A stretch of DNA of 60,190 nt, from positions 1 through 60,190 of the IMG/VR virus record IMGVR_UViG_3300046786_000688. One strand, given 5' to 3'. The notes under the pieces are model-generated. The model was not told where the DNA came from. It ran no database searches and saw nothing but the letters and a program-made list of their open reading frames with translations. The position numbers and the translations under genes were made by a program. Of this stretch, positions 1 to 9,511 are shown piece by piece. Source of the stretch: a virus (taxonomy: Duplodnaviria; Caudoviricetes). Positions within the stretch are counted from its first letter, which is position 1. Each line of letters starts with the position of its first letter.

Positions 1-129
1 ATGAGGTCTACGATACACCCAAGGATCAAAAGGTTTCTCAGTTGGAATCGGTTGTCCTTGAAGTTTCTCAGTTACCTCTGGGGGGTAGCCTTCTACAACA
101 GTCATTGCAGGAGGAGGATTGGGCTCGCC
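1..129. repeat. Terminal direct repeat, left copy (circularisation overlap)
   Basis: 4-129 is identical to 60065-60190; 1-129 matches 60062-60190 with one mismatch at position 3 (g vs t). Confidence 0.95.
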
Positions 130-210
130 CATAAAATCAGAGCCCTGAATCCCTGCTTTGTACTTAGCTACATTTGCGGATTCAGAATACTTTTGAATGC
201 CATCTGCCAT
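1..210 (-). CDS. 73-aa Pro-rich hypothetical protein spanning the circular junction (finishes at 60061-60050)
   Basis: Hand translation: ATG at 210 preceded by AGGA, MADGIQKYSESANVAKYKAG...PFDPWVYRRPNGKM, TAA at 60052-60050. Not in the supplied ORF track. Confidence 0.75.
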   Translation of the reverse strand, partial: MADGIQKYSESANVAKYKAGIQGSDFMGEPNPPPAMTVVEGYPPEVTEKLQGQPIPTEKPFDPWVYRRPH

Positions 211-306
211 ATAAATCCTATAGGAAAAACAAGTGCCTTGTATGCTTATATGCTAAAGTAAATTCTATCCCCTGGAAAGCCCTATTTCCTATATAAGTGC
301 TTGACA

Positions 307-768
307 TCAGCCAGTAAAATAACACCAAAAAATAGTATCAAATCCTGCACTTCCTGGGTCTAAAGCCTCTCCAGCTAAAGCTGCCGCAACGCCTGTTGGA
401 AACCCTGGAGTAGCTGCTTCAATCTTGGTCCATCCGGTAGGAGCAGTGCCGTCTTCTGATGTAAACCGCTCAATCTGAATATGTACTGAATCGTTAATCG
501 GATAGATTGGAATCCACGCCCCAGCGCTGAACACATAAATTCCAACGAAGCTTCCAGCGTTATTAAAACGAAACCAGATGCTAGTAGTCTGGGAATCGTT
601 CGGTTGGGTGTTAGATACAATCACATTGGATATGCTGGATGCTGGAATCTCTACTCCAAGAATAGTTGTGAGCTGCTGCACAAACTCAGCGACACTCTCA
701 AAGCAGAACAAGTCAGGTAGACTTGTTACAACCAGATTTCCAGTTACTACGTTCGTAGGGTTTGGCAT
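307..768 (-). CDS. Hypothetical virion/tail protein
   Basis: 153 aa, overlaps the end of the tail tubular gene; within the structural operon. Confidence 0.55.
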   Translation of the reverse strand: MPNPTNVVTGNLVVTSLPDLFCFESVAEFVQQLTTILGVEIPASSISNVIVSNTQPNDSQTTSIWFRFNNAGSFVGIYVFSAGAWIPIYPINDSVHIQIERFTSEDGTAPTGWTKIEAATPGFPTGVAAALAGEALDPGSAGFDTIFWCYFTG

Positions 769-2648
769 GATTCAAATGGTCCTATGGCCCAATTACTAGC
801 GTTATCTGCGCAATCCACACAAAGTGGGACTGAGTTTAAATTTAAAGATGTACAGATAGTTTCAATCTGGTTCTGTGGGGTAACTTTAGCATTGATAACG
901 TAGTCCTGCAGCTCCCAGAATATGCCTGTAAAAGTAAACTTAAGTTGCACTTCTCTCAGATTTCCATATTTAAGCAGTGATACCTGGTCACAGAAGTTAA
1001 ACTCTTTAGGAGTACCCATTAAAAGATTTTTAAAGTTATGCGGAGCATGCCCGTTAAGTAAGCAGTTATCCGGCATTACGCAGCTTCGCCAAGGAGCGTC
1101 ATGACTGAACGTTCCCCATTCAACAAACCTCGTCCCGTGTGAAGGCTTAAACTTCACATTCATCGAGAAATCTCCTCTTATCTCCTGCAGATTCATCATC
1201 AAAGAGTAGAGGTCTTTATTCTGATCTACGCTTTTAAAGTCATGCTCTCTTGTATAAAGCATCGACGTAATCTGCCTGATATTGCCTTTTGAATCTGTAT
1301 CGTAAGTCTTTTCTGGCAGCACCTCGTACAGCTCATTTCTAGAGCCTTCATCTTTGGATATTATAAAAAATCGATTATTGATAGTTACAAAGTCCATTGG
1401 ACGGCACCCTGTCCAGAGACCCTCCCAAGCAACAACTCCTTCTTGTCTGATAGTTGCTATATTATCGGTACTTAACGATACAAAGCCTCCAAACGCCACA
1501 TCGTATATTGGTCTACGTCTTGTATCAAAAGCCCGTACTCTGTACGGGTTAGCAGTAACAAAAATCTTATTCTTAAAATAACCAAGAGCTGAGTACTGTA
1601 CTAGTGCTTGATCCCAGTACTTAAGCCAGTTCGAAACTTCTCTAGATATAGGAACTCTTGACCATTTATTCTGCTCATTTCTAGACATTGCTGCAGAACG
1701 AACTTGCCCATCGGTAGATAAGAAAAATAAATCAGAGTTCACATTAATTACAGCACGAGGTCCAGCAATCCCTGCATTATTAACAAACAGAGATGCAAAC
1801 TGCGTAGGCTGTCCTGATGGCTGCCACTGAGAACGTGGGAGCTGAGATTGTACAGAAAATACCTGGTTCTTTGTTCCAATAATTAAGGGACCAATGCCAG
1901 TTGATGTATCAGTCTGCTGCAAGAAAGTCATTGCCGTAATCTCATTGGCCTGACTATTCGCGTAGTTCGTAGGAAGCTGAAACACTTGAGCTAAGAACGC
2001 AGCAGCTGGTGCTAGAACTTCCTCGAAAGTAATAGGAGCATCAGGAGTAGCGTTGTTGCCGACAGGATCTCCTGCAGTATATTCATTGCCTGCATTCCCA
2101 ATAAATAAACGGTTTTGATTGAACGCTCCGATTGTAGATATAGGAACTTCGTATTTAGTGGCGTCAGACCTTCGGGCCGTTATTCCGTCAAAGATTACTG
2201 GCCTATTTGGATAATCAAATATAACTAAAAAGTTCCCAGCAGGAGACCAATTAAGTCTAGGAGTTGTCTCGTTTAAAGTCCCACCACCTTGCACTGGAAC
2301 AACTGTGGCAGTTAGGTTCGCTTCATCTACCAGGTATATAACCCCAGAGATGACAATCATCACATAGTTTTGGCCGCCAAAAGAATACGGAATAAATGCC
2401 TGAAATCTTCCTTGATAGAATATTTCCTCATAAGGAACTGTGACATTCGATATCTGATCAGTAACTCCCCCAGATGGAAAAGTTATTTTTCTTTTTGCTA
2501 CAGACCACCGAGGACCAGGAACACCATCTGTTAACGAGACGTTAACAGCCGCTGCAAAAAATCCTGGAGCAATTTTTGCAGGAATCTTTGAAGCGTCTTG
2601 ACCGCTTACAAATTGAGATTCTCCGTCTTTAAGAAGATCGTCTGCCAC
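747..2648 (-). CDS. Putative tail tubular/nozzle protein (T7 gp12 / P22 gp10-like)
   Basis: 633 aa, beta-rich with propeller-like segments (QNRLFIG, SDLFFLSTDG, PISREV); Cys-rich C-terminus; podovirus tail context. Confidence 0.6.
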   Translation of the reverse strand: MADDLLKDGESQFVSGQDASKIPAKIAPGFFAAAVNVSLTDGVPGPRWSVAKRKITFPSGGVTDQISNVTVPYEEIFYQGRFQAFIPYSFGGQNYVMIVISGVIYLVDEANLTATVVPVQGGGTLNETTPRLNWSPAGNFLVIFDYPNRPVIFDGITARRSDATKYEVPISTIGAFNQNRLFIGNAGNEYTAGDPVGNNATPDAPITFEEVLAPAAAFLAQVFQLPTNYANSQANEITAMTFLQQTDTSTGIGPLIIGTKNQVFSVQSQLPRSQWQPSGQPTQFASLFVNNAGIAGPRAVINVNSDLFFLSTDGQVRSAAMSRNEQNKWSRVPISREVSNWLKYWDQALVQYSALGYFKNKIFVTANPYRVRAFDTRRRPIYDVAFGGFVSLSTDNIATIRQEGVVAWEGLWTGCRPMDFVTINNRFFIISKDEGSRNELYEVLPEKTYDTDSKGNIRQITSMLYTREHDFKSVDQNKDLYSLMMNLQEIRGDFSMNVKFKPSHGTRFVEWGTFSHDAPWRSCVMPDNCLLNGHAPHNFKNLLMGTPKEFNFCDQVSLLKYGNLREVQLKFTFTGIFWELQDYVINAKVTPQNQIETICTSLNLNSVPLCVDCADNASNWAIGPFESCQTLRT

Positions 2649-2652
2649 ACAG

Positions 2653-4251
2653 TTATACCGCTACTCCTAGATAGGACATGTTCACTGACGCATCATAATC
2701 CATCGACATGCCATCTGCTATTTCAGTGTAAGCTAGAAAGCCTCTAAACTGAAATGTAGTGCTGGTAGCAGCTGCGATAGTGAAAGTCTGCGTGTGATTA
2801 ATTGTTCTAACCAATTCTCCTTCTCCAGAGAATCCAACAAACAAATCTTCAAGATGAGTCACAACCGCACCAACTGGAGGAGCTCCTACGTTAGTAAGAA
2901 TACGCATCTCAAACACTGCTTGGGCTGTTCCAGTTAGATCCTGAGTATCTGCTACAAAATTAAACTCCGTAGTAACTGTCACATGCATCGTCTTACTTGA
3001 CGTGTTATTCAGCGTGTAAGACTGTATAGCAGTCTGATCCGAAGCATTAGCGGTAAACGTGCCCGATATAGCACCTACATCTCCAGTAGTTAAATCTATA
3101 ATCAATGTGTCTGACAGCTCGTTGATCTGATTCTGTAGATCTTCACAGCAGTCAATTGGACAGATAACGGTGCCAATAGGCATAGTCTCATCTGCTGCAG
3201 GAAGAGGCACTAAGAAGAAATTAATATGAGTGCCATCTGGCAGTCCATTTATCTCGCCTCTATCTGTCCTATTTCCAATTCTAATTATATCTCCACTTTG
3301 GAATATCGTTGAGTCATCAACAGCAACGTTATTATACTGCAGTGTTCCAGTAATAATATTTAAAGCTGCTGTCGTGGTGGCGCATTCAGTGACCCCTAAT
3401 GGCCGGTATTCAGCAGTCACTAAATCTGGATCAACTAGAGTAGCTACGTACCCTTCAGCTGCCCCGTTTAGCGGCGTTACAACTGCCGAATCTCCTCCGG
3501 CGCAAACAAGTACTGTTCCTTGAGAAACTGCGTCTCTGCCGCAAGGATTTACAGAAATAACTGACAAGCAATACTGATAATTTCCGTTTGAATCTTTTGC
3601 GATAACTGAAGTTCCAGGAGTGATTCCTTCTCCTTGATTACATATGGTAACGATATTGTTTGGCTTAATTTCTTGCAGAAAATAAAATCCGCTACCAATC
3701 TGTACAGTATCTCCAGCAGTCAATCCTGATGTAGCAGTTAGAGTTATATCAATGCAATCATCGACATCGGGCGCAGTAAAATCAATTTCAACGCAAACGT
3801 TACTATCGTCAGTACAATCACAAGGGGGGTCCGATACAATAAAGTCAGTGCAAGCTGGTACACTTGTACCTACTGCAGCATTGCCTTCATTGCAGTTATT
3901 TTGAACTGTGACTTCCCCGTTTGCTGCGTCAAAAGAAACTATCTCAAAGTAACCATACTCAGACGCCCAAAGGTACGCTCCAGGTTCTACTGATTTTAGT
4001 CCGGCAACACTAAGAACTGCAGTCTCTCCGCATGCTGGAATATTCCAAGTATTATCGACTTTTACTGTCGTATAGAACTGTTGAATCGTAATTTTCTTTG
4101 TATGATCTTCTGCGCAAACAGGGGCACACTGATAGTACGGAACTGGCGTAGAAGGAACAGGAGTGCAGCAGCCTTGACTAGGGCAGTTAGAAGAAGGACT
4201 AGATGATCTGCAACCACAAGGATAGCTAGAGCCACAAGTTGTACATGCCAT
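2653..4251 (-). CDS. Cys-rich repeat-containing virion/fibre-like protein (paralog A)
   Basis: 532 aa starting MACTTCGS; homologous to 4271-5590. Confidence 0.6.
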   Translation of the reverse strand: MACTTCGSSYPCGCRSSSPSSNCPSQGCCTPVPSTPVPYYQCAPVCAEDHTKKITIQQFYTTVKVDNTWNIPACGETAVLSVAGLKSVEPGAYLWASEYGYFEIVSFDAANGEVTVQNNCNEGNAAVGTSVPACTDFIVSDPPCDCTDDSNVCVEIDFTAPDVDDCIDITLTATSGLTAGDTVQIGSGFYFLQEIKPNNIVTICNQGEGITPGTSVIAKDSNGNYQYCLSVISVNPCGRDAVSQGTVLVCAGGDSAVVTPLNGAAEGYVATLVDPDLVTAEYRPLGVTECATTTAALNIITGTLQYNNVAVDDSTIFQSGDIIRIGNRTDRGEINGLPDGTHINFFLVPLPAADETMPIGTVICPIDCCEDLQNQINELSDTLIIDLTTGDVGAISGTFTANASDQTAIQSYTLNNTSSKTMHVTVTTEFNFVADTQDLTGTAQAVFEMRILTNVGAPPVGAVVTHLEDLFVGFSGEGELVRTINHTQTFTIAAATSTTFQFRGFLAYTEIADGMSMDYDASVNMSYLGVAV

Positions 4252-4270
4252 AACAAACTCTCACTAAAAC

Positions 4271-5590
4271 TTACACAAATTCTAAAGCCGTTACCTTGGC
4301 AGCTAAAGTCCCTAAAAGAGTATTAAGTGCCCCAGCTCCCCCTGTAACCTGTTTTAATACATAGCCAGTTATATCAATGGTATAAGAAGTTAAAGGTGGA
4401 ATCTCTACCTGATCATCAGCTCCCGCTGCGCCGTGTTGCAACTGATAACTAGCATCAGAAGGCACGTAAGGGCAGATAATAGATGAGGTAACTTCATCAG
4501 CAAATGTACCACCATCTGCTACATATTCACTTCGAACGGTCCATTTGAATTTATCAGTCACGCCGGTTACAACGTTTCCTGCAGCAGAAAAAGCTATATC
4601 GATAATAACTTTTAACGCTTTAGTTGGATGAGGGTTATACACGTTCATTGTAGGAAGAGTGAGCGTCGAGTTAAAGCTGACTCCGCTCAAAGTGTCAGGC
4701 GTCATCGAAGTTATAAGAAGATTCTCAAACGCTAAAACTTTACCAAGAATATCAATCTCTGCTGCTTCGCAGCAGTCAATCGGACAAACTAAAGTTCCAG
4801 TTAAGAAAGACGTATTGCTTCCAGGCACAGGACCAAAAGTAATATCAATATGAGTTCCGTCTGGAGCTGCATCAACAACTGCTCTCAAGGTTGAGTTGCC
4901 AAAGCGAATAATATCCCCAACTGTGAAAATTGATGAGTCAGCTACTGGAACATTTGTGTAGATTGCAGTTCCAGAGAGTACGCTTAAACCAGAAGTTAGA
5001 GTTGTACAATCAGCTTCTCCTAAAGGACGATAGGCAGCTTCAGGAGGGTTTCCATTATCTGTCGCAGTAAGCACGTATCCTTTTGCTGCGCTTGTTAGTA
5101 TCGAAGATGTCGCAGGGTCTCCTCCGCATACTACAACATTTCCTTCATCCACTTCGCCCAGGCTGCATAGGTCTGAACTTGAGCCAGGAGGCGCAGTAAC
5201 TATAAAATCAGAACATGCAGCCACTATCGTTCCAGGCTCAGCATTGCCCTCATTACAATTATTCTTAACAGTGATTACACACGTTTCAGTATCGTATGCA
5301 GTAATCTCAAAGTAACCGTAGTCAGCAGACCAAAGATACGAGCCAACCTCAATCGCTCTTAATCCGTATACACTTAAAAGTGCGGTCTCGTCGCACTCAG
5401 GAATAGCCCACGCATTATTAGGTTTAATTGTTGAGTACATCTGCAAGACTAGAGATGTTCTATTTCCACAGGCTCTAGCCTGATTAAGATACGTAAGAGG
5501 TACAGCTTGCACGAGAGCTCCGTAGCATGAAGAAGTGCTGCAGTTGCAGGTGCAGCGACTACCAGAACTGCCGCATACTGTACAAGACAT
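4271..5590 (-). CDS. Cys-rich repeat-containing virion/fibre-like protein (paralog B)
   Basis: 439 aa starting MSCTVCGS; shares YGYFEI, NNCNEGNA and CPIDCCE with paralog A. Confidence 0.6.
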   Translation of the reverse strand: MSCTVCGSSGSRCTCNCSTSSCYGALVQAVPLTYLNQARACGNRTSLVLQMYSTIKPNNAWAIPECDETALLSVYGLRAIEVGSYLWSADYGYFEITAYDTETCVITVKNNCNEGNAEPGTIVAACSDFIVTAPPGSSSDLCSLGEVDEGNVVVCGGDPATSSILTSAAKGYVLTATDNGNPPEAAYRPLGEADCTTLTSGLSVLSGTAIYTNVPVADSSIFTVGDIIRFGNSTLRAVVDAAPDGTHIDITFGPVPGSNTSFLTGTLVCPIDCCEAAEIDILGKVLAFENLLITSMTPDTLSGVSFNSTLTLPTMNVYNPHPTKALKVIIDIAFSAAGNVVTGVTDKFKWTVRSEYVADGGTFADEVTSSIICPYVPSDASYQLQHGAAGADDQVEIPPLTSYTIDITGYVLKQVTGGAGALNTLLGTLAAKVTALEFV

Positions 5591-5660
5591 AAAAATACCT
5601 CAAAGCTATTATAATGGTATTAGAGGGTTATAGGCCATATTCAAATTCATCCTTTATACT

Positions 5661-6965
5661 TCATGGTGTAGGAGCAATATACGTTACAACCCCTGTGTGA
5701 ACTCCATTTCCTGCTATTATCCCAGCAGACTTAACTAGCTTCATTGCAATACGATCCCCTGCTGAATAAGCTACGCTGTTTACAGTATCGTTTGCAGTCG
5801 TTTGAGCCGCTCCTGATATCGTGGCTGTAATAGCTGTATCAGCTGTATTTTTTCTAACAGTAAAAGCTACTGACACCCCTCCTCCTAAAGCACTAACAAT
5901 ATCCAGATACATTGATCGAACAGTGCTGGCCTGCATGAGCTGCTCTCTATTGGTCTCTGTCGCATTAATAGTCCCAGTTACACCTCCAGCTACTCCCTGG
6001 TACTGAGTACTGCTTGATGTGCCTAGCGCTGTAGACCCAAACAGCTGCACTGACTCTCCGTTTGTAGTCGGCAAAAACCTAACTCCCCAACGCAAATTAA
6101 TAGGATCAACCGTACCTGTTTGAGTAACTTCTATGCCTACTAAATCTCCAGCACTAAACGAGACACTATTAGCTAAATCAGTCGCTGTCGTATTTGGATC
6201 GGTAAGAGTTGCTGTTAGAGCAGTACTACTTCCGTTCTTTAGCAAAGTCACCGTTACGGTTCCAGAGCCAGCCGAGTTATCGGCATCGATATATAGATGG
6301 TCTATCACGCCTGAAGTAGGCATAGCTGCTTGAGTATTCGCCGCGCTATTGCTTCCAATAGATACTGCTTGAACTGGAAAGTAGAAAGGAGTCGTAGCTG
6401 TCAATGTACTACTAGTGGCTCCTAAAATAAGAGATTCTCCAGCAGACGATCCAGTAAATAAAAGACTATTCTGAAAGTAAGTGGTGAGCAGATCGGGGCT
6501 ATTTGGGTCACTCTCAAGAGAGATTGTATCTCCTGCAGCAATAGCAACTGTGTGAACTGTGTCGTTACAGGTAGCTAAAGTAGTTCCAACGGCACAAGTT
6601 ATTCCTGTAGCGCTTCCATTTTTAAATACTGTAAAAGTATAGTTTCCGGTCGTGTTGGTACTATTTAAACGGATATATAGGTTTTTAAGCGTCCCAGAGA
6701 TTGGCATTACAAGCCGTTTCTCTGTCTCCGTAAGACTCCAAGCTGTAGTTCCTCCGTAGCTCTGAGGAATTATATACTGGGTATTAGCTGCTGATACCTG
6801 GTTATTAGCGCCAAAAATAAGCGGAGTAGACATTAGACCGCTAGGAGTAGCTGCGCTTAGTTGAGAAGCAAGAAAAAACCCATCGCGTGTAGATTGCGCT
6901 AATACAGAATGACTAACCGCTATTAACAGTAGTAAAACTAATATATTTTTAAAAATTCTAAACAT
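5661..6965 (-). CDS. Signal-peptide-bearing beta-rich protein with three internal repeats
   Basis: N-terminus MFRIFKNILVLLLLIAVSHSVLA-Q; three ~130-aa repeats containing KNG/KNT and V-x-x-x-AGD. Confidence 0.65.
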   Translation of the reverse strand: MFRIFKNILVLLLLIAVSHSVLAQSTRDGFFLASQLSAATPSGLMSTPLIFGANNQVSAANTQYIIPQSYGGTTAWSLTETEKRLVMPISGTLKNLYIRLNSTNTTGNYTFTVFKNGSATGITCAVGTTLATCNDTVHTVAIAAGDTISLESDPNSPDLLTTYFQNSLLFTGSSAGESLILGATSSTLTATTPFYFPVQAVSIGSNSAANTQAAMPTSGVIDHLYIDADNSAGSGTVTVTLLKNGSSTALTATLTDPNTTATDLANSVSFSAGDLVGIEVTQTGTVDPINLRWGVRFLPTTNGESVQLFGSTALGTSSSTQYQGVAGGVTGTINATETNREQLMQASTVRSMYLDIVSALGGGVSVAFTVRKNTADTAITATISGAAQTTANDTVNSVAYSAGDRIAMKLVKSAGIIAGNGVHTGVVTYIAPTP

Positions 6966-6966
6966 A

Positions 6967-7656
6967 TCAGTAATAGTAAAGTTTAATACTTATGCATCCA
7001 GTAGATATAGTCACAGAATCTTCAGCAGAAGCAGTTACATAAAATCCAACACCAAAATTAATCGCAAGCACGTCCGAGACAGTAATAGCAAAGCCACTTA
7101 AACTGCTTGGGCTTCCTAGTGTTATAGGCGCTGGAGAAGAGCTGATAGGTACATTGTCAGTTATAGTACTACCATACGGTACTCCTCCAACATGTATATA
7201 CCAGCTAAAATCAAAGTTAGTTGCACTTCCAGGTATTGTATCTACACAATCTACTAGCAGTACTTCTAATCCTACTAAAGTTTCAGACCCAGTAAGAGTA
7301 GAGCTAAAATTAAAATCAGTTAACTCTACAGTGTTTGACTGCTGTAACGGTACTAACTCGACAGTACCGCCATTAGACCCAGTACAGCTTTTGTAGTTAC
7401 TTATATCTGCCCAGGGAGCGTCTCCTGGCCCAGCTTTTTCGTCTGCAACAGAAGGCAGTTCCTCGACAACGCTGGGTATAGGAGTGACAGTTGGAGTAGA
7501 AGTCTCCTTTACTCCAGCATTTAATACGCTTTTAATGAAATACCCGTCCCTGTTCCCAGGCTCTGAGAACAAGATAACAGGATGTATAATTGTGAATAGG
7601 CTTATTATTAAAAAGCACAGACAATAAAACACTCTTACTGTCTGTGGTTTATACAT
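6967..7656 (-). CDS. Beta-rich protein with N-terminal hydrophobic signal/anchor
   Basis: Hydrophobic N-terminus, S/T/P linker, beta-sandwich-like C-terminal domain. Confidence 0.55.
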   Translation of the reverse strand: MYKPQTVRVFYCLCFLIISLFTIIHPVILFSEPGNRDGYFIKSVLNAGVKETSTPTVTPIPSVVEELPSVADEKAGPGDAPWADISNYKSCTGSNGGTVELVPLQQSNTVELTDFNFSSTLTGSETLVGLEVLLVDCVDTIPGSATNFDFSWYIHVGGVPYGSTITDNVPISSSPAPITLGSPSSLSGFAITVSDVLAINFGVGFYVTASAEDSVTISTGCISIKLYYY

Positions 7657-7667
7657 ATCACCTAGAA

Positions 7668-9080
7668 TTAAAGTACAGAGATATATCCATTAGCACAGCA
7701 AGTAGTTGCAGTAGCAGTTGTTGCCATCAGAAAATTCAATGCAGTATTTGAAGTACCTCTTAACGGCGTAGTAAACGTCTGCCCCCAAACTCCAACACCT
7801 GCGAGAGAAGAGCTGCTTATACCTCCAACCCATATTGCAGTAGTTCCATCTCTAATCTGAAACGACGAAGCAACGTTTGCGGTATTAAAACAAGAAATTG
7901 ATGTCACATAGATACGGTTTGACGCTACTGCAGCTTTAATTGCAACATCAGAAGTTCCGGTATTGGAGCTTGAACATGATTGCCAGGTTTCTCCTGGAGG
8001 GGCTCCGGTAGTGATAACACGACCGTTGCCGTCAGTTTTCCCCCAAGTATAATCTCCTGAGTTACTTGTGTTTGTCGTTAAAGCATCTTCTCTAACAAAA
8101 CCAGCAGCAACAACTGGCTGTCCATCAGATGACGCTCCATCTTCTACCTTAAACATTGTTGAAGTTCCACCGTCTCCGAGCAATGTCCAAAGCTGACCAC
8201 GAGCACTCACGCTAAGCGGAGAATAATCAAGATCTGTTGTCGTCAGTACAATATTGGAATCATTTCTAACCCCAAGATTCATCACTCCAGTATCCCCGCT
8301 CCCTGCAGCAGCATCTTCTGCCTTAAGCAGACTTCCTGCGTCACTTACCTGCAGCGAGCGTTTAAGATCGACTAAGTACGCACCATTGGTTCCATGCGCT
8401 CCACCAACATAATCGCCTTCAGCAGCAAGAGTTGTGGCGTTAGTGTTAGCGACCCCTAATCCAAAAACTCCTGTATCTCCCGACGTATGAGCAGAGTCTT
8501 CAGCTTTACCTAGATTTGCAGCGGCAGTTCCGGGAAGAATATTATTGATTGCGGTATAAATAAGGCCGTTTTTTGCAATCAGAGTGACAGGTAAACTTCC
8601 AGTACCAGCTCCAAATACTAAAATCCTTACGTACAAAGCTCCTTCGCATGGTACTTTTAATACTTCCTGTCCAGCGAATGTAATATTATTAGAAGATACT
8701 GTAGGGCTAATCGTTGTCGATCCAGCAGTAGTTACATAGTAGTAAGCGTTGGCCCAAGTAACTCCATCCACAGATGTTTGAGGGAGGATGCTTCCAGTCT
8801 GTGCTGTTCTTGTATACCTGATTGTAACACTGGTGTACCCGTCAGCTAAAATACTAACTGCAGAGTTAGTATCAGTCATGTCTAAGTTACCAGCGACATA
8901 TTTATCGGCGTTATTAAACGCTCGACCAAAGCTGGTACTAGCTTGCGGCATTCTGCCTAAGTTCGTGTTCTGCAGCGTCGTTGCAGCATTATCGTTACGC
9001 TGGAAATCCGTAACGCTTTGCGCATGAGCAGTTGCGACAAAACCCAATAAGCAAAGAGTTTTAAGAATATTCTTAAGCAT
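7668..9080 (-). CDS. Signal-peptide-bearing fibre-like protein with three K(A/V)ED repeats
   Basis: Likely start ATG 9080 with GAGG upstream; MLKNILKTLCLLGFVATAHA-Q; repeats KAEDxAxxSGDTGV...DY. Confidence 0.65.
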   Translation of the reverse strand: MLKNILKTLCLLGFVATAHAQSVTDFQRNDNAATTLQNTNLGRMPQASTSFGRAFNNADKYVAGNLDMTDTNSAVSILADGYTSVTIRYTRTAQTGSILPQTSVDGVTWANAYYYVTTAGSTTISPTVSSNNITFAGQEVLKVPCEGALYVRILVFGAGTGSLPVTLIAKNGLIYTAINNILPGTAAANLGKAEDSAHTSGDTGVFGLGVANTNATTLAAEGDYVGGAHGTNGAYLVDLKRSLQVSDAGSLLKAEDAAAGSGDTGVMNLGVRNDSNIVLTTTDLDYSPLSVSARGQLWTLLGDGGTSTMFKVEDGASSDGQPVVAAGFVREDALTTNTSNSGDYTWGKTDGNGRVITTGAPPGETWQSCSSSNTGTSDVAIKAAVASNRIYVTSISCFNTANVASSFQIRDGTTAIWVGGISSSSLAGVGVWGQTFTTPLRGTSNTALNFLMATTATATTCCANGYISVL

Positions 9081-9504
9081 AATAATAAGCCTCAAAAATA
9101 ACACTACCAAGAGACGGCGCAGCTACGTACTTAGCATACACATCAGTAGCTACAGTTATGTTCGCACCATCAAAATCAATCACCTTATAAGTATTTGCTA
9201 AAACCCTATAGTTTTCATCGGAGTTATTAAAACTTATCGCGTAGTCACCATCCGAGTTGTTTGTAATCACGAGATGGCTAATCTTTAACTGAGCATCCAC
9301 CAAACCTAGAGCCTGATAAGCGTTCGTGAAAAACGTATAAGCTTTCACTTCATCAGGAAGTGGAACAGGCTCTGCTCCACCTGGACCAGGAAGAGCTCCT
9401 AGAATCTGGCACAGCACACGGATAACCGCCTGCATGAACCAGTCTTTGTTCATATTTCCAGGAATGCATCCTTCGCAAGGTTCGCATGAATTTGGTGCAG
9501 CCAT
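9073..9504 (-). CDS. Hypothetical virion protein with Cys-rich N-terminus
   Basis: Starts MAAPNSCEPCEGC; stop overlaps the next gene's start. Confidence 0.55.
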   Translation of the reverse strand: MAAPNSCEPCEGCIPGNMNKDWFMQAVIRVLCQILGALPGPGGAEPVPLPDEVKAYTFFTNAYQALGLVDAQLKISHLVITNNSDGDYAISFNNSDENYRVLANTYKVIDFDGANITVATDVYAKYVAAPSLGSVIFEAYYYA

Positions 9505-9511
9505 AAATTTC

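Noticed and set aside
33-73. Direct repeat gtttctcagtt spaced 30 bp, superficially CRISPR-like
   Set aside because: Only two 11-bp copies, explained by the repeated TEK peptide in the minus-strand ORF.
1-261. Plus-strand 86-aa ORF at the contig start
   Set aside because: Its ATG depends on the single mismatched base at position 3, and it is antisense to the better supported junction-spanning gene.
2653-5590. Paralogous genes as a diversity-generating retroelement or invertible cassette
   Set aside because: No reverse transcriptase or invertase seen; differences are not adenine-specific and the copies are in direct orientation.
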